Notes: generated by a model not told the origin, from the sequence alone. Positions 48,739 to 58,991 are shown, counted from the stretch's first letter. The stretch: DNA of 64,000 bases from Planctomycetota bacterium (GCA_965248445.1 CBDFJG010000003.1:896001-960000), one strand, 5' to 3'. Numbers and translations are program-made.

Positions 48739-50407
48739 CCGCATCTGTTCACGAGACGTCGCGATGACGGTGCTTTCGGAGTCCACAGGGTCAGATCTTG
48801 GCCAGGCGAGGGCGGATGCTGTCGTCGTTGCCACAAGGGCAACGCGAGTGAGCGGCCGAAACGGCGCGGATTCTGCGGTGTGGGCAGACCGTAGGCCGGG
48901 CGGTGGTGTGGCGGACGGCGCGGCGGGACGTCAGGTCGGCTTCGGGGATGCCAGCAGTCGTTGCGCGCAGCGCTCGAAGACGTGCTGCCAGGGCCACGAC
49001 GAGGACATCGAGACCCAGATCCGGCGCGTCGTGATCCGCACGAGCGCGCCGATCTTGAGCAGCCGCAGGCGGATCGTGCCGGCTTGCGCACGCGCCATCT
49101 CGGTGCCGGCGAGACCGATGCGTCGCAGCGCACAGGTCAGGACGTAGGCCATGGCCGACATGGCCATCCGCACGGCGTTGCCCTGCATCGTGTGCACCGA
49201 CAGACGGGTGCCGAAGAGCTCGAGCTGCTGCTCCTTGATGCGATTCTCCGCCTCGCCCCGGGCGCAGTAGAGCTGCTCGTAGAGACGCTTGCTGCTCCAG
49301 CTACGAGGCGGCAGATTGGTCACCACGAAGCGGGGATTGCGCTTGCCGCCCGGCAGGTGCTCGGCCTTGGCGACCACGCGACGCCTCTGGCTCCAGCTCC
49401 CCAGCGTGGTCCAGGCAAAGTCGCGAAAGACCCGGGCTGCTCGGCCGGTCTGCACGGCACGGGCTGCGGCCTCATCGAGCGCGTCTTCGACGTGTCGCTC
49501 AAGGCGCTCATTGCGCGCCATGCCCAGCAGGTAGAAGTGGCCGGCGGCCTCGCACCAGGCCATCAGCTCCTCGCGGCAAAAGCCCGAGTCTGCGCGCACG
49601 AGCACCTTGGCCCGGGGCCAGCGGCGCCGCAGACGTAAGACCAGCGCACGGAGCTCGTCCACGACTCCGCGCGCGGGATCTCTGTCAGCGGTCTGGAGCC
49701 GAGCGAGCAAGAGGTGCTCGCCGCAGAAGACGTACAGCGGCAGGTAGCAGTAGTGCCCGTAGTAGCCGTGGAAGAAGCGGCCCTCCTGCCGGCCGTGCAG
49801 CCGCACGTCGGAGTGGTCCAGGTCCAGCACGAGCAGGCCCGGATCCTCCGGCCCCATGGCCTCGCAGAAGACGTCGCTGAGCACGCTGTCCACGCGCTCC
49901 TGGTCCATCTCGATCTTGGCGTAGCGCGTCTGTGCCGTGGCGCCGAGCTGCGTGGTCTCGAGCCGCGAGAGCGTCGGGTGCGTGGCCAGAGCACCCTCGC
50001 GCTTGCCGCACGCCGCGGCAAACAGCGGGTCCTTGCCGACATGGTCGTGGTCCACCAGATCCTCGTAGCCCGCGCACAGCCCGAAGACCCGCTGACGCAG
50101 CATCTGGCCGACCGTGTGCTCGACCCGACGCGGGTCCCGGTGGTCCCCGAAGCAGCGCGCAAACCGCGAGAGCAGATCGATGCGACGATCGGTCCGCTCG
50201 AGCAGCAGCACGCCCCCGTCGCTCGTCACGGTACCGGCGTCGAAGCGCGTCACCGCGGTGCGTCCACAGATGCCCGCGAAGAGGGTCCCCTGCGGGCTAC
50301 AGTCTGTCGTCATCGGGCCGGCGCTCCTGTCGGTGCAAGTACTAGCGAGTACGAGCACTTAGACAGACGACGGCCCGCTCAGATTCCCGGCTGGTGAACG
50401 ATTCGGG
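48739..50407 (-). mobile_element. IS1380-family insertion sequence (1669 bp) with CTAG target duplication
   Basis: CTAG at 48735-48738 and 50408-50411; imperfect terminal repeats CCGCATCTGTTCACGAG and CCCGAATCGTTCACCAG. Confidence 0.9.
48931..50313 (-). CDS. IS1380-family DDE transposase (intact)
   Basis: TSDGG, GYED..D, HG.QEG.FFHGYY..YCYLPL, RADSGF, YCARGEAENRIKE, IRLRLLKIGA. Confidence 0.95.
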   Translation of the reverse strand: MTTDCSPQGTLFAGICGRTAVTRFDAGTVTSDGGVLLLERTDRRIDLLSRFARCFGDHRDPRRVEHTVGQMLRQRVFGLCAGYEDLVDHDHVGKDPLFAAACGKREGALATHPTLSRLETTQLGATAQTRYAKIEMDQERVDSVLSDVFCEAMGPEDPGLLVLDLDHSDVRLHGRQEGRFFHGYYGHYCYLPLYVFCGEHLLLARLQTADRDPARGVVDELRALVLRLRRRWPRAKVLVRADSGFCREELMAWCEAAGHFYLLGMARNERLERHVEDALDEAAARAVQTGRAARVFRDFAWTTLGSWSQRRRVVAKAEHLPGGKRNPRFVVTNLPPRSWSSKRLYEQLYCARGEAENRIKEQQLELFGTRLSVHTMQGNAVRMAMSAMAYVLTCALRRIGLAGTEMARAQAGTIRLRLLKIGALVRITTRRIWVSMSSSWPWQHVFERCAQRLLASPKPT

Positions 50408-51448
50408 CTAGTCCTTTCGCACCCTGCTGGCGAGGCCGACCGCAATCGCGAGCTGTCCCGCGTTCGCGCGGAGCGCCGCAACGTCCACCGTGTCCTCGTC
50501 GACACGGAGGTATTCAGTCGGATCCCAGTGGCGCGTCCTCTTCTCGAAGACACGCTCGAACGTCTCGGCGACCAGGGGCAGCTGCACGCCGCCACCGGAC
50601 ACGAACACGTCGTCGACACCGTGGTCGAACTGGTTCTCGAAGTAGTCGAACGACAGGTGGATCTCGTTACCGAGGTCGTCCACCGACGGGAACACCGCGT
50701 CGTTCAGCGTCTCGATGTTGTCGCCGGGCTCACGCTTGAGCTGTTCGGCCTGCGCCGTGTCACAGCCCAGCCGCTTTGACACGGCCTGCGTGAAGTCGTC
50801 GCCACCGAGGTAGATCTCGCGGGTGAAGCACAGCACGCGGCCGCGCAGCACGTTGATGTTGGTCTTGGTCGCGCCGACATCGATCAGCGCGGTGACGCGC
50901 TCGTCGGCGTCCATCGCGGGCGACAGGCGGTCGCGCAGCTCGAACGCGTTGCCGAGGGCGAACGCATCGACGTCGATCACCTGCGGCTGCAGGCCGATCG
51001 ACTGCACGAGACCGACGTGGTCATCGATCAAGCCGCGCTTGACCGCCACGAGGAGCACGCGCATCTCGTTCTCGCCGAGGCCCTCGAAGTGGAGACCCCC
51101 GTCGTCGAGGCGCTGCGCATCCAGCACGACCTCGTCGACGTCGAACGGGATGTACTTGTCCGCCTCGAACGTGATCGCGTTGCGCAGGTCGTCGCTCGAC
51201 ATGTCGACCATCGTGAGATAGCGGACGATGACGGACTTCCCGCTGACTGCGGTCGCGACCCGGCGCGTGCGGAAGACCTGCGACTGCAGCATCTCCACGA
51301 TCGCGTCTGCGCGCTCGCTCTGCGACACGATGTCGTTCTGGGCATACGCAGTGACGACAAGCTCGTTGCCGTACTGCGTGAGCTCCACGGCCTTCGCGGT
51401 GTGCATACCGACGTCGAGGCCGATCAGGCTCTTCTGCTTCTTGAACAT
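50408..51448 (-). CDS. pilM: Type IV pilus assembly protein PilM
   Basis: IGLDVG...KAVEL, YIPF, IDVGA..TN, GG.DFT, SGGG, AIAVGLA.R. Confidence 0.92.
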   Translation of the reverse strand: MFKKQKSLIGLDVGMHTAKAVELTQYGNELVVTAYAQNDIVSQSERADAIVEMLQSQVFRTRRVATAVSGKSVIVRYLTMVDMSSDDLRNAITFEADKYIPFDVDEVVLDAQRLDDGGLHFEGLGENEMRVLLVAVKRGLIDDHVGLVQSIGLQPQVIDVDAFALGNAFELRDRLSPAMDADERVTALIDVGATKTNINVLRGRVLCFTREIYLGGDDFTQAVSKRLGCDTAQAEQLKREPGDNIETLNDAVFPSVDDLGNEIHLSFDYFENQFDHGVDDVFVSGGGVQLPLVAETFERVFEKRTRHWDPTEYLRVDEDTVDVAALRANAGQLAIAVGLASRVRKD

Positions 51449-51693
51449 GGGTTCTTCTCCGGACCCGCGCCCCCCTTGATCGGGGGCCGACAACCCCATG
51501 TCGGAGCGCAGAGGGGCCGGAGTTGAGCGCGAGTGTCGAAAAAGTCGAACGCGCTGGCCGAACGTCCCGGAAATGCGCCGTGTCCCAGCGGCGCCAGGCT
51601 CGACGGGGGGGGGCGCGAGTGAGGACGCAAGTCCTTACTTGAACAAGACCTTGCGATCGGCTCCGCGCCATCGGCGGAGCCCTGGCCGGACTC

Positions 51694-53445
51694 CTAGTGC
51701 GCCGTGCCGCCGAAGCTGAGGTGCGGGAGGAGGTCGCTCATGGCCTCTCTGAGCCGGGAGAGCACTTCCTCGGTGTCCCGCGCCTCGGTGCACCAGGCCG
51801 CCGCCTCGCGGCTCTGCTCGACCGTCAGGCACCGCACGACCTGCTTGACCTCGGGGATCGCCCGGGCGGGCACGCTGAATTCCCGCAGCCCCATCCCCAC
51901 GAGGAGAATCGTGAAGAGCACGTCGCCAGCGATCTCGCCGCACAGGCTCACCGGGACGCCCGCCTCGGAACCAGCCTTCACGACGTCGCGGATCATGCGA
52001 AGGAGTGCCGGGTGAGCAGGCTGGTAGAGGTGGGCCACACGCTCATTCACCCGGTCCACGGCGAGCGTGTACTGAACGAGGTCGTTGGAGCCGATCGACA
52101 GGAAGTCGACCTCCTCTACGAGGATGTCCGCCACGACCGCGGCGGACGGGATCTCGATCATCGCCCCCACCGGGACCCGGTCGCTGACGAAGTGCCCCTC
52201 GCCGCGCAGCGACGTGCGTGCCCGGTCGAGGAAAGCGCGGGCGCGGCGCAGTTGGGAGAGCCCGGACACCATCGGGAACAGGCAGCGCACGGTTCCGTAG
52301 GCCGACGCCCGGAGGATGGCGCGCAGCTGCGGGACGAACAGCCCGGGGCGCTCGAGGCAGAGCCGGAGCGACCGGCTCCCGAGGAACGGGTTGGGTTCGC
52401 TCGCGGCTGCCGCGTCCGGAGTGACCTTGTCGGCGCCGAAGTCGAACGTACGGATGGTGAGAGGGCGGCCCGCCAGCTGGCGCAGCGCGTCGACGTACGC
52501 GCGGAAGTGGTCCTCCTCGGTCGGGGCCGGCCGGCCGGCCTGGTAAAGGAACTCCGTGCGGAAGAGCCCGATCCCGTCGCCGCCCTGCTCGATCACCTCG
52601 GTGACGTCGTTCGCGACCTCGATGTTGCCCATCAGGCGGATCACGTGTCCGTCGCGAGTCTCGCTGGGATAGTCGCGGACGAGCTCCAGTTCGGCGCGAT
52701 ACCGCGCGAAGGCCGCAGCCGACTGCCGGTACCGCTTCATCTGCGTCTCGTCGGGGTCGACGATCACGACTCCGCGATTGCCGTCGACGATGATCCGTGC
52801 GCCGTCCTGGACCCGCGACGTGATGTCGCCGACACCGACCACGGCCGGCAGCCCCATGCTGCGCGCGACGATGGCCGTGTGCGACGTGGGCCCGCCGACG
52901 TCCGTGACGAACCCCCGCACGCGGGCGCGGTCCATCGAGACCGTCTGCGACGGGGTCAGGTCGTGGGCGCAGACGACGTGCTCTCGGTCCGACCGGAGCA
53001 ACTCCTCCTGACGGTCTCCCAGTAGAACACGGAGCAAACGGCGCTCGATGTCACGGATGTCCTGGCCGCGCTGCGCGAAGTACGCGTCCTCGATCGCCTC
53101 GAAACGCGCTGCGACCTGGTCGAACACCTGCGCGACGGCGAACTCGGCCGAGACGAGCCGTGACCGGACGAGACTCTCGATCTCCGCATTCAGCACCGGG
53201 TCCTGCAAGACCATGTCGTGCGACGCGAAGATGGACCCGATCTCGCTTCCGACGCCCGCCGCCTCACGCAGGGTGGTCAGTTCGGCGAGCGCCGACGCCA
53301 TCGCGTGCGCGAGGCGCTCGACCTCACCGTCCGCCTCGTCGGCGGTGATCGCGCGCTCGGGGACGCTGCGCTCCTCGGTCTCGAGGAGATAGACCTCTCC
53401 CATCGCGAAGCCGGGGCCGACGGGGATGCCTGTGTGGATTTCCAT
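51694..53445 (-). CDS. ptsI: PEP-protein phosphotransferase (PTS enzyme I)
   Basis: GGPTSHTAIVAR, GIGLFRTEFLY, EPNPFLG.R, SIGSNDLVQY, CGE. Confidence 0.95.
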   Translation of the reverse strand: MEIHTGIPVGPGFAMGEVYLLETEERSVPERAITADEADGEVERLAHAMASALAELTTLREAAGVGSEIGSIFASHDMVLQDPVLNAEIESLVRSRLVSAEFAVAQVFDQVAARFEAIEDAYFAQRGQDIRDIERRLLRVLLGDRQEELLRSDREHVVCAHDLTPSQTVSMDRARVRGFVTDVGGPTSHTAIVARSMGLPAVVGVGDITSRVQDGARIIVDGNRGVVIVDPDETQMKRYRQSAAAFARYRAELELVRDYPSETRDGHVIRLMGNIEVANDVTEVIEQGGDGIGLFRTEFLYQAGRPAPTEEDHFRAYVDALRQLAGRPLTIRTFDFGADKVTPDAAAASEPNPFLGSRSLRLCLERPGLFVPQLRAILRASAYGTVRCLFPMVSGLSQLRRARAFLDRARTSLRGEGHFVSDRVPVGAMIEIPSAAVVADILVEEVDFLSIGSNDLVQYTLAVDRVNERVAHLYQPAHPALLRMIRDVVKAGSEAGVPVSLCGEIAGDVLFTILLVGMGLREFSVPARAIPEVKQVVRCLTVEQSREAAAWCTEARDTEEVLSRLREAMSDLLPHLSFGGTAH

Positions 53446-53508
53446 GTGCGTGCGGGCTCAGTGCGTACGGCTGTCGCCGTGAGCGTCGCCCACAGGCTAG
53501 TGGGCAGG

Positions 53509-53865
53509 CTACGTGGTCTTGCTCGACTCCACGACCTCGACGAGCTGACGGAGGGTCTCCGCGGCTTCGCGGGCCGGGCCGCGAACCTCGATCTCGAGTT
53601 CGGTCCCCTGCGTCGCCGCCAGCATCGCGAGTTCGATCACGCTGGCGCCGTTGACCTCACGCCCGGCGCAGCGCACCGTGACGTCGCAGCCCGAGCCCGA
53701 CGCGATCCGGGCGAACGCGGTCGAGGGACGCAGGTGCAGCCCGTTCGGACTCTGGACGGTGACACACGCCGTTGCGCCCGCAGCACCAGACCCATCAGCA
53801 CGCGCCCCTTCAGCACGAGAATCGACCGGCGACTCACCCGCCGGTGCTCCGCCGCTCCCGCTCAT
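53509..53865 (-). CDS. ptsH: HPr-family phosphocarrier protein
   Basis: GLHLRP and NGASVIEL motifs. Confidence 0.88.
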   Translation of the reverse strand: MSGSGGAPAGESPVDSRAEGARADGSGAAGATACVTVQSPNGLHLRPSTAFARIASGSGCDVTVRCAGREVNGASVIELAMLAATQGTELEIEVRGPAREAAETLRQLVEVVESSKTT

Positions 53866-53866
53866 G

Positions 53867-54334
53867 TCAGCGCCCGACATCGACTTCGAGGAACAGCTCG
53901 TGCAGACTCTGCGCGTCGCGCGTCGTGCGGAGCACCCGCGTGTAGTACTCGGACCGGGCCATCCGCGCGATCCAGCTGAGAATCCCGACGTGCGTGTCGC
54001 GCTCCTCGAGGGGCGAGATGACCATGAAGAGGCTATGCACGGACTCGCCGTCGGTCGCGCCGTAGTCGACCGGGTCAACCAGCTTGGCGAAACCGACGAT
54101 CGGGCGGTCGACGGCAGACGTCCGGCAGTGGGGGATCGCGATTCCGCGACCGAGTCCCGTTGACCCGACGCGCTCACGCTTCAAGACGCCGCGGAACACG
54201 GTCCCGCTTGCCTCCTCGGTGAACGCGCCCGCCCCGGCGAGTTGATCCACGAAGGCGCGCAACACGTCGTCGCGCTCGCCAGGGGGAACCTCGGTGAACA
54301 CGTGCTTGCGCGGGAGGTGCTCTGCGATCTTCAT
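53867..54334 (-). CDS. ptsN: PTS IIA (Ntr/fructose-type)
   Basis: RE..GSTGLGRGIAIPH; located in the rpoN-hpf block. Confidence 0.85.
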   Translation of the reverse strand: MKIAEHLPRKHVFTEVPPGERDDVLRAFVDQLAGAGAFTEEASGTVFRGVLKRERVGSTGLGRGIAIPHCRTSAVDRPIVGFAKLVDPVDYGATDGESVHSLFMVISPLEERDTHVGILSWIARMARSEYYTRVLRTTRDAQSLHELFLEVDVGR

Positions 54335-54741
54335 CCGGCGGTGTCCCCTGCGCCCGTGTCCCCTGAGCCTGTGTCATCGGAGCCTGTGTCATCGGAGACG
54401 TCCATCGCGGTTCCTTCGCTAGCGCGCGCCCGGCGGCGCTGCTCGCCCCGCTGGCGGTCATCGATGCGCTCCTTCATGCGGCGGAACGACGTCTCGAGTT
54501 TGTCGACGGCGAGGTCGACGGATGCGCGCCAGTCCTCGTGCTTCGCGTGCACGACCAGTGGAGCCCCCCGGTCCAGGTGCGCGATGCACTCCACCAACTT
54601 CGAGAGATGGTCGGCATCGAGGATGATCTCGAGCGAGCGGGCGTGGCGGTTGAAGCGACCGAGAGGCTCCATCTTCGCCTCCGCGTACTCCTTCACGTCG
54701 TCCGGGATCTGCGTGTGGCGACCGGTGACCTGAACTCTCAC
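54331..54741 (-). CDS. hpf: Ribosome hibernation promoting factor (RaiA/HPF)
   Basis: VQVTGRH..Y...K; ASVDLAVDKLE...RR.KER. Confidence 0.88.
   Translation of the reverse strand: MRVQVTGRHTQIPDDVKEYAEAKMEPLGRFNRHARSLEIILDADHLSKLVECIAHLDRGAPLVVHAKHEDWRASVDLAVDKLETSFRRMKERIDDRQRGEQRRRARASEGTAMDVSDDTGSDDTGSGDTGAGDTAG
54341..54400. repeat. Four degenerate 15-bp tandem repeats in the hpf 3' end
   Basis: GTGTCCCCTGCGCCC / GTGTCCCCTGAGCCT / GTGTCATCGGAGCCT / GTGTCATCGGAGACG. Confidence 0.8.
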
Positions 54742-54891
54742 ATGATGCTCCGTCCGTTGGGCGAGCCCCACTGCGGCGATACTGCTTGCGGCGACGCGAG
54801 AATCGGGCGACGCGGAGACGCAGCCCCGACCCTTCACTGCCGCGACCGATCCTATCAGTCCAAGTGAACGAATCCGCGACCGCCAGGCGCC

Positions 54892-55770
54892 CTAATCCGG
54901 CCCGAATCCATCCGCGTACTCGATGCGGACCAGAGTCAGACCGGCGGCCGGCGCGGGGGGCGGACCGAGACGCCTGTCTCCGGAACGCAGGAGGTCCGCG
55001 ATCCACTCCGGCGGGCGGCGGCCGGACCCGACCTCGACCAGTGCCGCAGCGATGTTGCGGACCATCATGTACAGGAAGCCTGGACCCTGAACGTCGATGC
55101 GCACGCGGCCGAACGCCCGCTGCACGTCGATCTGTTCGAGCGTGCGAACGGTGTCCTGATCGCGTCGGGCGGGACCCGGGTCGTTTCGGAACGCGCGAAA
55201 GTCGTGCTCGCCGACCAGGTGGAGCGCGGCCACGCGCAGAGGCTCGACGGACAGCGGTGGCCAGAGGCGCCATGCCGCGCGCTCGTGCGCCGGACTCTCC
55301 GTGGCCTGTTCGAGAATTGTGTACCGGTACAGCTTGCGCACCGTCTCGCGCTGAGGGTTCCAGTCCTCCGGCGCCGGCTCGACGAGGAGGACCCGAATGT
55401 CCGGCGGGAGCAACTGCAGCGCGAGATGCCGTAACGCGTCGGCCGGCAGTCCCGTGCGAGAGTGGAAGCGGATCGCCTGCGCGTCCGCATGAACGCCGGC
55501 GTCGGTGCGGCCGGCTGCGTGCGTCACCGCGTCACAGCCGGTCGCCGCTTCGAGCGCCGCCTCGATCATCTCGCAGATCGACACGAGCTCGGACTGACGC
55601 TGCCAGCCGGCGTAGGCGCTCCCGTCGTAGGCGATCAATGCACGGTACGCGCGGGTCTCTTCGCGGACCGGAGGCGGGCGGCGGCCGCGCAAGTGCTGTG
55701 TGCGGAGACGGGAGCGAGCGGCGATGCGCGCGGGGGTTGGGGGGGGAGAGGGTGAGGGGGGCGCGTCCAT
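54892..55770 (-). CDS. truA: tRNA pseudouridine(38-40) synthase
   Basis: YDGS.Y.GWQ.Q, AGRTDAGVHA, GEHDF.AF, GFLYMMVR. Confidence 0.93.
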   Translation of the reverse strand: MDAPPSPSPPPTPARIAARSRLRTQHLRGRRPPPVREETRAYRALIAYDGSAYAGWQRQSELVSICEMIEAALEAATGCDAVTHAAGRTDAGVHADAQAIRFHSRTGLPADALRHLALQLLPPDIRVLLVEPAPEDWNPQRETVRKLYRYTILEQATESPAHERAAWRLWPPLSVEPLRVAALHLVGEHDFRAFRNDPGPARRDQDTVRTLEQIDVQRAFGRVRIDVQGPGFLYMMVRNIAAALVEVGSGRRPPEWIADLLRSGDRRLGPPPAPAAGLTLVRIEYADGFGPD

Positions 55771-56127
55771 CTCGCTCTACGATCGCGCTTGCCACTGCAG
55801 AAGCGTGTAAGAGTTCCGCCCGCACTGGTGCGACGGGCGCGGGAACGTGCGGACGGTTTGTCCACTCGCTGCGGCCGGGGGGCCTGCGCTCGCGTTCGCT
55901 GGCGCGCGCGCGCCCGACCCGAGCACCCGAATCGTCTGATCCTCACCATCGCGGGCCCGGGCCGCTGCAGAAGCCATTACCTATGGCTTCTGCCCCCTCG
56001 CGCGCTGACGCGCGCGCTCAGGTCGCGGCCGTGTGAGCCCGTCCGCCGGCGGTGGCCTACCGCCGCGATGGACCGGGTTGAGTGTGACAACGGCTTCGCG
56101 AACGGCGACAGCCGACGGCGGACGGGC

Positions 56128-57804
56128 TCACACCCATTTCCTTCTCTGCCTCGACGACGGGATGCTGAGCTGCTTGCGGTACTTCGTCACCGTGCGGCGG
56201 GCGATCGAGAGACCCTTCTCCTTCAGCGCTGCCGCGACGTCGTCGTCGGACATGGGACTCGTCGTGTCTTCGCCATCGATGATCTCCTGCACCATCTGCT
56301 TCACCTTGTGACGCGACTCGACCTTGCCGCTGGCCGACTCGGTGCCGCCCGTGAAGAAGAACTTCAGCGCTTGCACGCCCTGCGGCGATTGCACGTACTT
56401 GTCCGCGATCGCGCGCGAGACGGTCGAGACGTGGATGCTCAGTTCGTCAGCTACGGTCTGCATCTTGAGCGGTCGCAGCCCGTCGATGCCGCGGTCCAGG
56501 AACGCCCGCTGGTGGTGGAAGATGCGCTGCGCGACACGCGTGAGCGTCTGCTGTCGCTGGCGGATCGCCTCGATCAGCCAGCGCGCGTGGTCCACCCGCT
56601 TGCGGTACATGTTGCGGACGCGTTCGAGTTGCGCCGGATCGCCGGCCACCTCGACGGCTGCCAGGGAGACGGCCAGGGGCGGAAGCTGCGACGACACGAG
56701 ATCGACCTCGTACTCGCCGTCCTCCCGCTGTGTGACCACCACGTCCGGGTGCACTACGCGTGCGGACTCCGTGATCAGCATGCCGCCGGGACGCGGATCC
56801 AGTCCGCGCAACTCCTCGATCAGCATCTGGATCTCCTCGACGTCCAGATGCATATCGCGGGCGATGCGCTGCAGGCGGTTGCGCTCGAGGTCTTCGAGGT
56901 GGTCCTCGAGCAAACGGCGCTTCTCCGCGTAGAGAAGGTCGGACCGGTCGAGCTGCAGCACGAGTGTCTCGGTGACCGTCCGGCCCGCGATTCCGCGGGG
57001 TTCCAGGCTCTGCACGAGTCCGAGCCCGTGCTCCGCTTCCTCGAGTGTGTAGTCCGCGGCGAGGCGTTCGAGCATCTCGACCAGCGGATAGCTGCGCAGC
57101 ACGTCGCGCGGCGAGAGCGGCTCGCCGTTGGACGACGCGCGAATGCGCTGCACGCGCGTGAGGACGTCCTGCGCCTCGAGGAGGTGACGGTCCCGCGCCT
57201 CCTCTGCGGCGGCGATCTGCTCGGCGTTCACCCCGCGCTTGGCCTTCGGGACCTTGACTGCGGCGATGCCGTCAACCGACGCGACGAGGTCGGCGAGCGG
57301 CTTCTCGAGGTACCCGTGCTCGTCGGTGGCTTCGATGATCGACTTCGCGAACCGGTGCGGTGCGAAGTACCCGCGCTCGTCGAGGTTGTAGATGATCGCG
57401 CGGGCCAGCTCGAGCAGACGCGGGTCGCGCTCGAGCATCCGGAGCTGGTCGGCCAGGAGGTCGTGCACGGTCGGCCCGGAGCCCGCCGTGTTCTGCAGAG
57501 CCTCCATCTTCCCGTTGCGATCGTCGCCGCCGGCCGCGCGGGGAGGACGCCACTCGTCCCAGTCGTCGGGGCTGTACTCGTCGATCTCGGCGTTCGTCGG
57601 GCCCGCGTCCTCGCCCTCTTCCTCGACCTCTTGCGGCTCCGCCGGATCGTCGATCTCGAGAGCGTCATTCTCGTTGAGTTGCGCCTCGACGTAGTCCAGC
57701 AGGCTGGCCATCGGGAGCTGGAGGATCTCGATCGCCTGGATCATCTGCGGCGCCAGACGCAGCTCCTGCCTCTGCTGGAGCTTTGTCTCGAGATGCAGGT
57801 TCAT
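56128..57804 (-). CDS. rpoN: RNA polymerase sigma54 factor
   Basis: PQMIQAIEILQLP, HVSTVSRA and the RpoN box ARRTVTKYR. Confidence 0.95.
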   Translation of the reverse strand: MNLHLETKLQQRQELRLAPQMIQAIEILQLPMASLLDYVEAQLNENDALEIDDPAEPQEVEEEGEDAGPTNAEIDEYSPDDWDEWRPPRAAGGDDRNGKMEALQNTAGSGPTVHDLLADQLRMLERDPRLLELARAIIYNLDERGYFAPHRFAKSIIEATDEHGYLEKPLADLVASVDGIAAVKVPKAKRGVNAEQIAAAEEARDRHLLEAQDVLTRVQRIRASSNGEPLSPRDVLRSYPLVEMLERLAADYTLEEAEHGLGLVQSLEPRGIAGRTVTETLVLQLDRSDLLYAEKRRLLEDHLEDLERNRLQRIARDMHLDVEEIQMLIEELRGLDPRPGGMLITESARVVHPDVVVTQREDGEYEVDLVSSQLPPLAVSLAAVEVAGDPAQLERVRNMYRKRVDHARWLIEAIRQRQQTLTRVAQRIFHHQRAFLDRGIDGLRPLKMQTVADELSIHVSTVSRAIADKYVQSPQGVQALKFFFTGGTESASGKVESRHKVKQMVQEIIDGEDTTSPMSDDDVAAALKEKGLSIARRTVTKYRKQLSIPSSRQRRKWV

Positions 57805-58017
57805 GCGCATGGGCCGGCTGAGTCCTCCTGGCGCTCCGTTCCTGATTGCCGAACAGTGGGCACCCGACCCCTGTCATCGAGAGCCAGGCTCCTCGAATGT
57901 AGCCCTTTCCCGGCCTCCAGTACGCGGATTCCAACAATTGGCCCGACAGTTGCGGGTACGATGTGGGGAAGGGGGAAGTGCGCCCTGGCCGCCGCGCGTC
58001 GGCGCGATCGAGCACGG

Positions 58018-58644
58018 TCAGTCGAGGTCGCCGCTGTCCTCCGGCTCCGCCAGGTCGAGCCGTCCGAGGATGGCGTCCTGGAGCATCGCCGCCGACGCGT
58101 TCTCGAGTGAATACCCGGTCGGCACACCCCGCGCGATGCGGCTGACGCGCACGCCGGTCGGGAGCAGCGCCCGTTCGACCAGCAGCGCCGTGCCGTCGCC
58201 TTCAAGATCGGGGCTGGTCGCCAGCACCACCTCGCCGATCTCCTCCTCGCGCACCCGGCGCACCAGTGACGCGACGTTCAGGTCGTCGGGTCCCACTCCG
58301 TCCAGCGGCGAGACCTTTCCGCCGAGCACGTGGTATCGCCCCCGCCACGCCGTCGCTTCTTCCAATGCGACGACGTCGCGCGGTTGCTCGACGACGCACA
58401 GGCGCGTCGCGTCACGCCGCTGATCGGAACAGATCGCGCAGGGATCGGTCTCGGTGACCGTCGCGCACCGGGAGCACGACCGCGTGTTCTCCTTCACCGC
58501 GCGGATGGCGTCGGAAAGACGCAGCGCGTCCTCGCCTGAGACCCGCAACAGATGATGGGCGAGGCGCTCGGCCGTCCGCCGCCCGACCCCCGGCAGCCGC
58601 GCCAGCTCCTCGAGCAGCCGGTCCATCGATTCGCCGTACGACAC
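58018..58644 (-). CDS. recR: Recombination protein RecR
   Basis: LPGVGRRTAERLA, C4 Zn finger, CVVE, YHVLGG, EGDGTA. Confidence 0.95.
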   Translation of the reverse strand: MSYGESMDRLLEELARLPGVGRRTAERLAHHLLRVSGEDALRLSDAIRAVKENTRSCSRCATVTETDPCAICSDQRRDATRLCVVEQPRDVVALEEATAWRGRYHVLGGKVSPLDGVGPDDLNVASLVRRVREEEIGEVVLATSPDLEGDGTALLVERALLPTGVRVSRIARGVPTGYSLENASAAMLQDAILGRLDLAEPEDSGDLD

Positions 58645-58673
58645 GCTGTTCCCCGCTACGCGCTACCGGCGCT

Positions 58674-58991
58674 TCAGATCAGGCCCGGCAACGAGAGACC
58701 ACCCGTCACCTTGGCCATCTCGGTCTGCTGGAGCTCCTGCGACTTCTCCGCGCTCTTCTGCACGGCAGCGACAATCAGGTCCTCGAGCATGCCCAGGTCA
58801 TCCGGGTCGATCGCCTCGGGCTTGATCTCGAGCTTGACGAGTTCGCCGTTCCCGTTGGTGTACGCCGTCACGAGTCCGCCCGCATCCGCCTCGACGACGC
58901 GGTCCTTGAGCTCCTCCCGGAGCTTCACCAGGTTCTTCTGCACGCTCTGCGCCTGCCGGAGCATGTTGGGGTTCAGATTTTGGAACGACAT
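58674..58991 (-). CDS. ybaB: YbaB/EbfC nucleoid-associated protein
   Basis: AGGLV, D...LEDLIVAA; located between dnaX and recR. Confidence 0.92.
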   Translation of the reverse strand: MSFQNLNPNMLRQAQSVQKNLVKLREELKDRVVEADAGGLVTAYTNGNGELVKLEIKPEAIDPDDLGMLEDLIVAAVQKSAEKSQELQQTEMAKVTGGLSLPGLI

